Source: Balamuthia mandrillaris (Eukaryota). Taken from it: a stretch of 30,621 nucleotides of DNA. The stretch is from positions 186,001 through 216,621 of the forward strand of contig JAVKOQ020000067.1 in assembly GCA_031835245.2 (NCBI GenBank). Direction: 5' to 3'. The position numbers and the translations under genes are program-made. The notes under the pieces are model-generated. The model was not told the DNA's origin and did no database searches. It saw nothing but the letters and a program-made list of their open reading frames with translations. Of the stretch, positions 12,308 through 23,765 are shown one piece after another. The first letter of the stretch is position 1. Each line of letters begins with the position of its first letter.

Positions 12308-12814
12308 AGCTATAAGGATGTATGTTGTTTTATTATTATTATTATTATTTTTTTCGTTTTGAATGTTTCTTTTTCAAGTTGCCAACAAAAAAGTAAGAAA
12401 AGTCAGCAAACCGACTTTGAATATCAGGTGGGAAGGTAGATGTGATAGGAATAAGCACAGTAACCAACTGCTTCAAGGCATTTCCTGGAATTTCTCAAAA
12501 GATGTTGGTGTTGAAGTTCGTTCTCCTCGTTCCTCCTCGTTCCTCCTCGTTCTTTATGAGAGTCCGAGATAATGTGAGCCCACAGGAGTAGACAAAACCA
12601 TGATTACACATCACGCTTTTCCCCTTTGTCTCTGTGGGAAAAGTACATGGCTCCGCAATACTTATGTCTACCCTGCGGCAGGAATAATAATAAACCACCA
12701 ATCAAATATCAAAAAATGTAACTTTTTGGATGATCGGGATCTGATTTTGATATAACCAATCACGATTCAGACATATTTTCAAATGTCCAATCAAAAATCA
12801 TAAAAGGCCAGCTG

Positions 12815-13133
12815 TTGATCAAAAGATGCAGAAGAGAAAGGAAGAGCGGCAAGAAGAAGACTGCAGACCAAGATGAAAAGGTCCTAGCGGATCGAGCGAA
12901 AGGCGTGTTGATGGGACTTTGTGCTGGTGACCGAAATGGTGGACCCGTTCGTACGTTTTTCCTAAAAACTTTTTTGTCGCTGAGGATACTCATCAACTGC
13001 TTGTTGGTGTTTCGTGTGGGTGCAGGGATGGCTGTTCGTCTGGCAGAAAGCTTGATTGAGAAGCAAACCTATGACAGAGAGGACGTAATACGGCGTTATC
13101 ATGCATGGTACAAAGGCCCTCCCTATGATACCG
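12815..13133 (+). pseudogene. N-terminal fragment of an ADP-ribosylglycohydrolase-family gene
   Basis: DRAKGVLMGLCAGDRNGGPV, intron 12951-13025, then RMAVRLAESLIEKQTYDREDVIRRYHAWY. After the next intron the sequence switches to antisense ankyrin DNA. The 5' start is uncertain. Confidence 0.7.
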
Positions 13134-13201
13134 GTACCTCCACCCACAATAAAAGTATAGTTCGTTGTTATTTTTTTTTAATCCATCAGCATCAAAAACA
13201 G

Positions 13202-13629
13202 ACGCCCCCGTGGAGGTCATCATCCTCCTCCTTGCTCATGACCCACTCGATGACTTCAGGGCGGCCCGCCTTGGCTGCCACCACGTGCACGTCTTCTGGC
13301 AATGAAACGCGTCCATCGTTGTAAACATACTCCAGCATCGCCAGGTTCCCTCATTCAATGAGTCATACATAAACCTCATCGTCGTACCTGCAGCCTCGTT
13401 CGATGGCCCATTCCAGCACCGTGTAATGGCCCCTCTTGGCCGCCTTGGCACACGTCCTCTCGTCCCAATAGCATTTGTGCACAGTGCGGGCGGCGATGAG
13501 CCCCATGAGATCTCCCTCGCCTGCGAGATCGGTGCAGACCGACCACGTCTTGTACCGCCATGCTTTGGGTCCAATGAGTCCAGCCAGCCAGGAGAGCATA
13601 GCAGGGGTGTCAGCAGCTTTTTTCACCAC
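13202..13629 (-). pseudogene. Ankyrin-repeat gene fragment with in-frame stops
   Basis: CYWDERTCAKAAKRGHYTVLEWAIERGCRYD, followed in the same frame by *LIE*GNLAMLEYV and VVAAKAGRPEVIEWVM. Confidence 0.8.
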
Positions 13630-14539
13630 TCTTCTGACGTTGTGGTTCTCAACTAACCAACCAATGAACCTACAGGAAGGGAATCATTGATGAGAGCTCA
13701 AACCACCAGGAAAAGAGAGAGAGGAAAAGATGAAATGTTGACTTTCATGATGACATGAGAGCCATAATGACTAGTATCAGGACAGACGTGCAAGCAGGCT
13801 TGAAACCTGCTTACTTCTCTACTTGTTCTCTTGTTTCTTTTTTTTGGACCACCAATGAATTAACCAACCAACTAACCAGCTTAGGTTAGGGTTCTATGCT
13901 TGATTTTGACCTAAGAATCAGCTTTTAAAATATAATAACCTCTAAATGCTTAGAATGCATCAGAAGTTTTATATGGAATTTTTGCACGTAAAAATTGACT
14001 TAGTGAAATTTTTAAAATGCTGCTTTTCACACACAGCAAACACAGAAAGCAGGAAGACTATTGGAGGGTTTAGGGCAGCAGTTCATTCAACAGCTGCGTG
14101 TGCAAATGAAAGCAGGTCATGTAATAGGTATTTCCTGTAGCTGGCCATTAAGGGAACCAGCACAAGTATTTTGCCACTTTGGAGAAGGGGGGGAAGGAGT
14201 GGTGGTACGGTAATGAATTTGACAAATGTCTGGAGCAGAGAAAGCTATTCAAAAAAGTTTTTTCTACTACAACAAGTACAACAACAATAACAAGAGTGGT
14301 GTTTTCTCCATCAATCAGGAATCATTCCTTGGCCTTCCTCTATGACGTTTTTTTTGTCTCTTTGGCAACACAGGTAAAAGTTCTCAAGAATTTTTGTAAA
14401 AGTTTCAAAGGTTAGTGAAGGTTTCAACAGGAATTTTTACCATTCCTGAAATTTTTCCTTGGTGAAAAAAGAAGAGAGATAGGAAGTAACAGCTAGCTGA
14501 TGATGGTGGTCGCCCAGAAGGAAAGGGTTTAAAGTAAAT

Positions 14540-16619
14540 TTATTTTGTGATGGAAACATGTTTTTACTGTCATCTTTTCCTCCTTGCGAGGTGTCTGGGC
14601 TGTCTCTGAGAAACAACTGGCACGGCAGAAGTTGAGTTTGCTGTGGAAGTAGTTGTTGCAGCAACTTGGGGGGGAGAAGAAGCAGTGTGGGTAGCTTGAA
14701 GAAGAGGCAGAGAAAGAGGAGGAGATGGGTTGGTAGATGCTGAAGAATGAGAAGAAGCTTGAAAAGAAGAGGAAGAGGAGGAGATGAATGGGGAGACAGA
14801 AGGAGAGATAGAGTTGAAGACAGAAGAGGAGATGGAGATGGTGGAGGAAGTTTTCCTTGCCTACTGTGCTGGCTTAGGTGGTACAATTAGTTCCTCATTC
14901 TGGTACCAAGGGTTGGGCTGCTGTGTCCTCTTGCTTCCTAGTGGAGCCGGGTGAAAGTGATTACTTACATCTCCTTTCCATGGTGATAGTGGGCTCATGC
15001 CATAATGGCCTTGCATCTTCTTTTTTACATAGGTTGTAGAGGCAGGGCTAGTGGACGGCTTGTGCTTACATGCAGCTTTGTTGCTGATGAGTGGTTTTGC
15101 CTTGTTGTTCTTTCTGGGAGCCTTGACACCTGTTGCTGGAGGGACTTTCTTTTTGCCAGTTGTGGTTTTGGGCTTGCAGTTGTGTGGTTTGGCTGACGGA
15201 GGTTGCTTTGGTCAGCTGTTTTCCAAATTTGCAGAAATAGCTTTGCTGAGCTCTTGCTGCTTGGAGGGTTTCTTCTTCTGTCCAGTTGGGAGCGCAAAAT
15301 GTTTCTCTGTGTTTCTTGGTCTACCTTGAGAAACTCTACAAGAGTTCCATTCCTCATCTAGTCACCTTTCCTCTTTATTGGAAAAGTTCAGCATAGGTTG
15401 TTTTATTACTTGACTCCATTCAGGATCCTCCTTTTCACTATCATCCACCTCAGCTTCACCATCATGAGCCTTCTCCTCCTCCTTTGCCTCCTCCTCTGCC
15501 TCCTCCTTTTCCTTCTTCTCCTCCTCCTTTTCCTCTTCTTCCTCCTCCTCTTTCTCCTCATCTTTATCTGCGTCTGCTGCTTTTGCCTCATCTGTGTGAT
15601 GATGATCATCATCAGTGCCCTCCTCCTTGTCATCATTGCTGGTGGTGTTCTCATAGACATGGCTACTGTCATCACTGGAAGTGTTGGTAGGGTTAGAATT
15701 ACTGTCATTGCTGGGATTGCTTTCAACTGTGGGAATGTGAACAGAAGCAGGATGTGGATGGTCAAAAGGACAGCTTTCTGGTGGGAACTCCCTTTAAAAG
15801 TGGTAGCTCAAAAATGTGCTTACACCATTTGCCAGTGCAACAGTAGAAGTTGCAGCTACAGTGCCAAGGGTCAAAACACACATAGTATTCACCAAAGGAG
15901 AAGTGACAGTTGGTTATCAGAGAGAAGTAGCCTTCCTGCACCAGTTTCCAGCCCTTTGCCTGCCTTATCCAGAGTGTGTGGATACTCCTGGAAGGTCTAG
16001 GTTTCTTTTTGGCTGCCAATCTCTGCTGAAACGCCAGATCATGCGATGCAAGGGTCCTTTCTTCCAAGGTAACCAGCATAGTTTCTGGTGCTTTGGCCTT
16101 TTTTTGATGAAAGTCCAGCTGCATTACCTTCTTTCAAAACAACAAAGTATTGTCTTTGTAATGCAAGGTTTTTTGCCTCTATTGTTTTTAAACATGAAAC
16201 TCACACAAAAGAAAAGAAAAACCTGCATCCACTGCAGCCTTTCAGATTGTCCTATCCTTGTCCATCATTATAATGGAGTGGTTTATGCAGTTGCTGCTGC
16301 ATGCAAAAGTATCCCTCTTGGAGGCTACACTGAGGCAAAGCTACAAAGGGGAACATAGTATCTCAATACAACACTTGTTGCAGTCTCTCTTGGTGGCCTA
16401 ACGGCTGCTCCCCTTGTTAACCTCACTGCTTCCTCCTTTCATATATGATGATGTCCTGGATCTTGGAGACAGATGGCAGCAGTTCTTTTGGGATGGCAGC
16501 AGGCAAGCTAAACATTGCCCTAGCTTTCAACTGGCACCTTGCAGAGGATGCAGTGATTAGGCCTTCTGCACTGGTTTCCAATCCATCCTGTGAAAGAATC
16601 TCCTTCTTAAGAAAAGCAG
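14540..16619 (-). pseudogene. Mutator-like (MULE) transposase with SWIM zinc finger, decayed, continuing at 21320-21362 beyond the LTR element
   Basis: IIMMDKDRTI*KAAVDA (about 16275-16225), intron, then VMQLDFHQKKA at the MULE D...(C)xxH position. SWIM finger YYVCFDPWHCSCNFYCCTGKWCKHIF at about 15890-15810, followed by a long acidic then basic/Ser-rich tail with stops. Confidence 0.65.
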
Positions 16620-16752
16620 TGTTATACCACTCCCCCATAATACCTATCCCTCCTTGTATATATATCCCTTTCTTTCATGTTATTAAAGGTCTTTTTCCCT
16701 ATGCCCATTGAGTTGGTGTCAGTTAGGTTGTTCCCCTACCGGCCTTATCATA
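16620..16752 (+). repeat. 5' LTR (133 bp)
   Basis: TGTTATA...TATCATA. It matches 21181-21319 with about 9 substitutions and one 6-bp indel by manual alignment, and contains TATATATA and ATTAAA. Confidence 0.95.
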
Positions 16753-16946
16753 CTTGGCAACATCCTGCCCCTACCCATCCTAAACTTGCGGATAAAGATG
16801 ATGGTCCTGGCTCTGGGTCCAGCTCTTTGTTGTTGAGTGAAGAGGAGGAAGAAAAGGAAAAGGAGAAGAGAGAACCTGCACTCAACCTTACAGCACACCA
16901 TCAAGATTTATGATGACATATTGCCAAACATAGCACTGGTGACAGC

Positions 16947-19900
16947 TTGGGTGATATTCGGCTGATGCAGAGTCTGCTTACCACAGAAATGCTGCTGACT
17001 TTCCATGGCAAGCCAAATGAGGACCCAAACATCTTTTTGACCTTGTTTGACTGCTATGCAACTGCTGCTGGCTGGAGTCATCAGGACTATATCCTTCACT
17101 TTGAAGGACAACTTCATGACAACACTGATGTTGTTTACCACTTTCTCAAGCAAGAATGAATGAAAGGTGGAGTCCTACTAACCCCCACGGAGGTGAAAAC
17201 ACAGCTCCTCAACTGCTTCCAGCATCATGACCGAGTGACTGCTAAGATCATGAAGCTTGGTAACCTCTGAATGAATGTTGATGAGTCTGTAGACACCTGG
17301 AACTTGCAAGTGCATACAGCACTGTGAGAGGCTTTCCTCACAGATTTCAGCGAGACTCAGGTCTTGGAGAAGTTCATCACAGGCACTGTTCCAGACCTGA
17401 AGGAGAAATTCCTTCAGCAGGAAGACATCGCTAATATGGCTGATGCCCTGAACCTTGCTAGAGACTGGGAAGGACGCAAACATGCAAAAAGGAGCTTGGA
17501 CCATTGGTCAAAGAGCTCAAGGCAGGAGAAGAAGGACACTTTTGGCAGTGCTTTGCAGGACACAAAGGGCAAGTCTGGAAGCCAAAGCCAGGTGCTGGCC
17601 AGAAGGACAGTGCTGGTGGAAGGACAGGATTGATGAATATTGTCATCAAGAATGCGTGTTGTCTGCCGAGGATGACATTGAAGATCTCTGGAGGACAGTT
17701 GAGGCCATGCTGGACTCCTGTGCCACTGATAGCTTTGTTCAAGAAACACTTCTACCCAAAGAAGTAAGAATGAGTAGCCTATATAATGGAGATATGTGGA
17801 GAAGTGCCACTGGCCATGAAGTGAAGCCGAAGGGTTATGTCACTCTTTGTTTTTGGATGCCTACTCATGAGAATGTCAAGGTAACTGTTGCTGTCTTGGC
17901 AGAGGATGATCCGATGCCTCATGATTTTCTCATTGGCTGGGACATTTTGGAAGCACGATGACACTGGTTGCTTCTCACTGAGAGCAAACCTGTGGAAGGT
18001 TTGTCTTGCAACTCTGATGATAACCAAGTGTGCACCTCAGTCACAAAGGAGACCCAAGACATTGTGGATGTTATCTACCTGGTGGAGCTTCCCACTGAGG
18101 AAGAGGTAATGACAGGCCTGAAAAAGCTTGTGAACAACATGGACCTGGATATCGAGCAGAAAGCACGGCTTCTAGAGCTGGCCCTTGAATTCAAGGACAT
18201 CTTCTGCTACAAGCTTCCTGAGCCAGGAAGTGTTAAACTTCCACCCCACAAGATAGTCCTAATAGATTATACCCCCATCCGTGTGAAGCCTCACAAGGTC
18301 AGCACCAAGGTTCAGGAGACCATCGACACTGCCATGGATGACATGCTACTCATGGGCATCATTCACAAATCTGTCAGCAAATGGGCACTCCCAGTAATCA
18401 TCATCATCAAGAAGGACAGAAAACCAAGTTTCTGTATTGATTACAGAGAGCTAAACAAACAGACAGTGAAGGACTCTTATCCTATGCAAAACATTGAGGA
18501 TGGACTGAATTGCCTCCATGGCTCCAAGTTCTGGTCCAAGTTTGACCTAGCATGTGGTTATTGGCACTTCCTAATGGAGGAGTGTACTGCAAATATGTGT
18601 GCCTTCATTACTAAAATCCGGCCAGTTTGAGCCTGTGGTTATGCCCTTTGGACCTACCAATGCTCTGGCTATGTTCCAATGAGGAATGGACGAGATCTTT
18701 GGCGAATTCAAGTGGAAGTTTTCTTGGTGTCACATTGATGACCTCATTGTTTTTTCCAAGACATTTGAGGACCACCTTGTTCACTTATGCAAGGTCTTTG
18801 AGTGTCTCCATGAGTATCAACTCTACATGAAAGTCAACAAATGCACCTTTGTAAAGGAGATGATGGAGTACCTTGGACACATGGTGTCTAGTGACAGAAT
18901 TAGTCCCATGCAGAGCAAGGTCAAGGTGGTGCAAGATTGCCCTCGCCCTACCACCAGGAAGCAACTACAAAGCTTCCTTGGACTTGCAAACTACTATCAC
19001 AAGTTCATCCATCATCTTGCCAAGATGGTGAAGCCCCTCACTGACCTCATGAGCCCCAAAACAAAGTTCGTGTGAAGCAACGAGCAGGAACAGGCTTTCC
19101 AAGGGATAAAGGAGGCTCTTATCAGTTCTCCTGTCCTTGCCTATCCTGATGCTGAAAAAGACTTTCGGATCTGCTGTGATGCCAGCAATTATGCCATCAG
19201 AGGAACTTTGGAGCAGAAAGGAGAGCCCACATTGTAGCCTACAGTAGCAAGAAGCTTTCCAGTCTGCAGCTCAACTGGAGCGCTACAGAAAAGGAGGCTT
19301 ACACCATTGTCTTCTTCTTGTAGCATTGGAGATATTACTATTCTTCAGCAGCTAGAATGTGTTGTTACAGACCACTTGGTGCTGCAATGGCTGTTCTCCC
19401 AGAAAAACCCTTCTGGCAAGTTGGTGAGGTGGATTGCCAAGCTGCAGGAATTCGGCCACATCCAAGTTACCCACTGACCAGGGAAAGAACATTCAAATGC
19501 CAATAGTCTCAGCTGTGAACCATTCGCTCTTGGTGCAGTCAACACTGTTACTTGTCCAAAGAACCATAAACAGGTTACTTTTGCAGATGGAGGGGAAGGC
19601 AGCCAGTCAGATGATGAAGACAACCGTGGGATACAGTCACAAGAGAATGGCTCCCTGCAGGTTTTACCGGATATGGAGTTGGATCCCAACTCATGGCTTG
19701 AGCTGCTGTGTATCAACAATGAATTTTCATGGATTGTTGAAGCCATTGAAGGCAATGAGGAGGCATATCAACATAAGACACCCCGTCAGTTGGTGCTTAT
19801 GGAGCAGTGCTTCCTCCAAGATGGATATCATTTATGCATGATTTGGCCTGATAAAGCCAAGGTCAAACAAGCTACTGTCCAACAAATCATGCCCAAGGAG

Positions 19901-21130
19901 CTTAAGAACAAGATACTTCATCAGTTTCATGATGTTCCTACGAGTGGGCATTTCGGCCTTACAAAGATGTACTCCCGCCTCATCATGTAGTACTGGTGGC
20001 CTAGTATTCACAAAAATGTGGAACATTGGGTCAAGGGCTGTGTGGAATGCCAGGAGGCGAAGGCTCTGTGGAAGAAAGCTGATGAGCCATTGGGTCACAT
20101 CATTGCAAATGAGCCAGGTGAGTTGGTCTGCATGGACCTGATTGGTGAGTTGCCCTTGATGGCTGAAAAGTACTGATATGCCTTGGTCACCATTGACGCC
20201 TTTATGTGTTGGCTGAACATTCGTCCATTGAAGATGAAACAAGCAAAGGAAATGGCGAAGGCCTTACTTGAGATCTTCACAAGCACAGACCTCTTGAAGG
20301 AGCTTCTGTCTGATCAAGGAAGAGAGTTTGTTAACAAACTCAACAATGAGCTTTTGACTCTTCTGGGCATCAAGTGTAAATATGCCATGGCAGAGCATCT
20401 CCAAGGAAATGGCATGATTGAATAATACAACTGCACCCTTAAGGAGCAGCTCTGCAAATTCATGGATGGCAGGCAACAAGCCTGGAGTGCGTACCTTCCA
20501 ATGCTACTTTATTCTTATCACCATGCGCTGCTGCCAGGACGACGATTTACCCCTTATGAGCTAATGTTTGGAAGGAAGTCCAAAGGTACTGGTTTGGTGG
20601 ACACTACTCATCTGTCCGACAATTTGTGGGTGAGGCAACTGCAGGAGACACAGCATGAACTTGCAGAAGAAGCCTGTGGAGTAGACAACATTCAAAAGAA
20701 GAAGATGAAGAAACGGCATGGCAAGCCGAAGGATGAGTTTAAGGTTGGCAACCTGGTTCTCATTCACTCCAAAGCCACATCAGTAGGTGAGTCAAGGAAA
20801 CTTCAACATAGTTGGAAAGGAGGACCTTACAAGATTATTGAAATTTGTTCTCCACAGACAATCAAGGTGCAGAATACTGCTGGTCCTGAAACAGTTAAAG
20901 TGGTAAACCTCAACTGCATCAAACAATTCATCCCACGTAACGACAAAGATAGAGAGCTTGCTGATGATGAATATGAGGTTGAGAAAGTTTTAGATCACTG
21001 CTACACCAGTCAAGGACTTGAATATAGGTTGAAGTGGAAAGGTTTCTCCAACCACAACTCTTGGGAGCCTGAATGTAATGTTATCAACGCCCCAGACCTG
21101 GTCCAGGCATATTGGAGAGCGGTATCATGA
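16947..21130 (+). pseudogene. gag-pol polyprotein with many stops and frameshifts
   Basis: Gag FHGKPNEDPNIFL; protease MLDSCATDSF; RT FCIDYRELN, KFDLACGYWH and CHIDDLIVFS; RNase H CDASNYAI; integrase HDVPTSGHFG..CVECQ, LSDQGREF and WKGGPYKI; chromodomain YEVEKVLDH..EYRLKWKGF..NSWEPE. The start is approximate. Confidence 0.93.
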
Positions 21131-21180
21131 TTATCAGCCTGACAGTCAATCACAGATGACTTTGGCCTGGGAGGGGGAAG

Positions 21181-21319
21181 TGTTATACCACTCTCCCATA
21201 ATACCTATCCCTATCTCTCCTTGTATATATATCTCTTTCTTTCATTTTATTAAAGGTCTTTTTCCCTACGCCCATCAAGTTGGTGTCCGTTAGGTTGTTC
21301 CCCTACCAGCCTTATCACA
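21181..21319 (+). repeat. 3' LTR (139 bp)
   Basis: TGTTATA...TATCACA, directly after the polypurine tract and directly before the GCAG duplication. Confidence 0.95.
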
Positions 21320-21506
21320 GCAGGAACAGGCAACACATCATGGTAGAGGATGAAACATTCTCTAAGGGTTAGGGGCGGGTACTCAGAACCTACGGCATTC
21401 AACTCCCCATGGTCCATTCTATAAAACTCTAAGTCTATAAGTCTAACGGATAAAGTGGGTCAAAGTAGCAATTTTTTCAATTTTTGTATAGGAATGACTA
21501 TATAAT

Positions 21507-22690
21507 CTAACAAGATATAATCATAATATCATCATCATCATCATCATCATTCTCCTCTGTCTCTTCCTCTTCATCCAAGATGGATATAACTGTAGTGGTA
21601 GTAGAAGTAGGAGATGATGATGGGGAGGAAGTGTTGTCATTATCATCATCATCCGATTTGTCAAAGTCCTCATCGTGGGCCACCAAGTATTTGGCCTTCA
21701 AAGCGTCCAGATTGTTGGAGAATTCTGTGAGGAGATTGCGCCATTTATCATAGCAATCATTGTTGGTTCGATGTTGGGTAGGCAAGTGTTTGGCAATCTC
21801 CAACCAAGACCATTCATCACGCAAGCGCCAAGTGACAAGTCTACGGATTTCTGGTGCCTGCCAAGTGATTCGTTGCTGATGGCCATTCTTCTGATATTTG
21901 AGTCGACTGGATAACAATTGTTGTTGCTGAAGTGCTCTGCGAAGTCGTTGTCGTCGTGGTGTTTGTTTTTTTGAGTCAGGACTCTTGTCATCATCATCAT
22001 CAAGAGAAGCAAGGAAGGAGGATGATGGCTCTTGACGAGGGGTGAGGAATGCTTTGTGAATGGGTGATCCGTTGACCAACTTGGGAAGTATAAGAGCTAC
22101 AAACTCATCCACCAGCTCATTCAAGCCACTGAAAAAGCTTTGTAGAATGCCAGAGATGTGTTGACAGCACAGCTGGCGATGAATATTGGGCCAACGAAGA
22201 GGAGATTTGTTTTTGGCCTCATAGGTGGCTGCAGCTTCAGCTAGCACATCCTTATCAAACTCATCTGGATGATTTTCTACCCAAGCAGTACAACATTCAA
22301 GCCATAAGGAGCGATAAAATCGTATTTGTTGATCTTTGGTTGGCAAATCTGTTCGTTTCATGAACCACCTAAAGAAGCAGTGTAAACGAAGAAAGAGAAA
22401 GCGAGAAAGAAAGAAAGAACAAGAGAAAGAGAAAGAGAAAGAGAAAGCGAGAGAAAGAAAAAGGGAAAGAAAGAAAAAGGGAAAAGAGACAAAAAACAAA
22501 GTGTGAGTGAATGTCAAAAGAAGAACAAATGAACCAAGACCAATCATAACAATTATTGTTTAGACTATGAATGTTGCTGCTGCCACAATAAACCTGTGCG
22601 TTCTAGCTGAGCGCTAGGTCTAAGGGTGCATTTTTGAATGCAAGCAAGCAAGCAAACAAACAAGCCATGACTGACTGGATAGATAAATAA

Positions 22691-22746
<56 letters not shown>

Positions 22747-23731
22747 TGGTGATGGTGGTGGATACTATGCAAACAAAACAAACAAACAACACACAAACAA
22801 ACCGTTGGCGAACAGCATGAATAAAACTCTGATAGTTGGTATCTGCAGACCAGTTGGATTGTTGCAAAGCATCTGGGGATAGATTGTGAAATGCTTCTTT
22901 GGTAACTAGCTCTGGAGCAATAACTGTATGCATGCAAGGAAGTGAGGATGAAAAGAACCAAAAAGAGAGCAAGTCAGTCCATCAAGTGGTAGTGGTGATG
23001 GTGGTGGTGATGGTGGTAGTGGTTTATTGACGCTGGTCAGGCAGCCAGCCCAGCCAAAGAAAAAACAAAAGAAAAAACAAAAATCAGATGAGCAGTAATG
23101 AACCGCAATGTCAAGGAGGATGATAATCAGCAGTGGTAGTTGTAACAGAGGATGAAGAAGAAGAAGAAGAAGAAGAAGAAGAAGAAGAATGAGGATGAGT
23201 GGTGGTAACATTGCTGACCAAGTGATTGGCCATAATAGCACGTTTTAATGTATCCTTGATGTAGACTTGCTGGGATCTACCACGAGGTACCCAACCTGCG
23301 ATAAGGGCAGTAGTATCCAGTACATTGTTCTGACTGTGACCTTCCTGCAGTCCCTCCAAGATCAAGGCAGTGCAAAGGAAGCCAGCACGCAAGGAGTGAA
23401 AGGAAAACAATCCTTCAGGATAACCAGCCTGAACAGCCCGATCTTGCAACTTGGCATTTAAAGTATCGCGTGACCATCCCCATAATGATGTTTGTTTTTG
23501 TGCATCTGTTAAGCACCAGTTGTGAAACTCGCGCAAATCCAAACCATGCTTGCATAACAGATGCTTGTTTAACCAGTAAATAAAATCTCCAAGACAAATG
23601 CTTGGTGTTGATGTTGTTGATGTGGCGGTGGCGGTGGTGGCAGCAGCAGCAGCAGAGGTCGTAGCAGTGACGATGCTAAGTGGTGATGATGATGATGATG
23701 GTGATGGTGAAGAAGATGATCCTCGTGATGA

Positions 23732-23765
<34 letters not shown>

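Larger units (their letters stand above)
16620..21319 (+). mobile_element. Full-length but decayed chromodomain-bearing Ty3/Gypsy LTR retrotransposon
   Basis: Paired LTRs, GCAG duplicated at 16616-16619 and 21320-21323, a PBS-like TGGCAACATCC at 16755, and the PPT GGGAGGGGGAAG at 21169-21180. Domain order is gag-PR-RT-RH-IN-chromodomain. Confidence 0.97.

Noticed and set aside
15398..16358. Plus-strand hydrophobic ORFs of 200 and 180 aa
   Set aside because: They are antisense shadows of the acidic tail and SWIM region of the minus-strand MULE pseudogene.
22594..22627. Possible mini-exon and a TCTAAGGGT match to 21361 inside the YR copy 1 intron
   Set aside because: Including the mini-exon would frameshift the last exon, and a 9-bp match is too short to support a claim.
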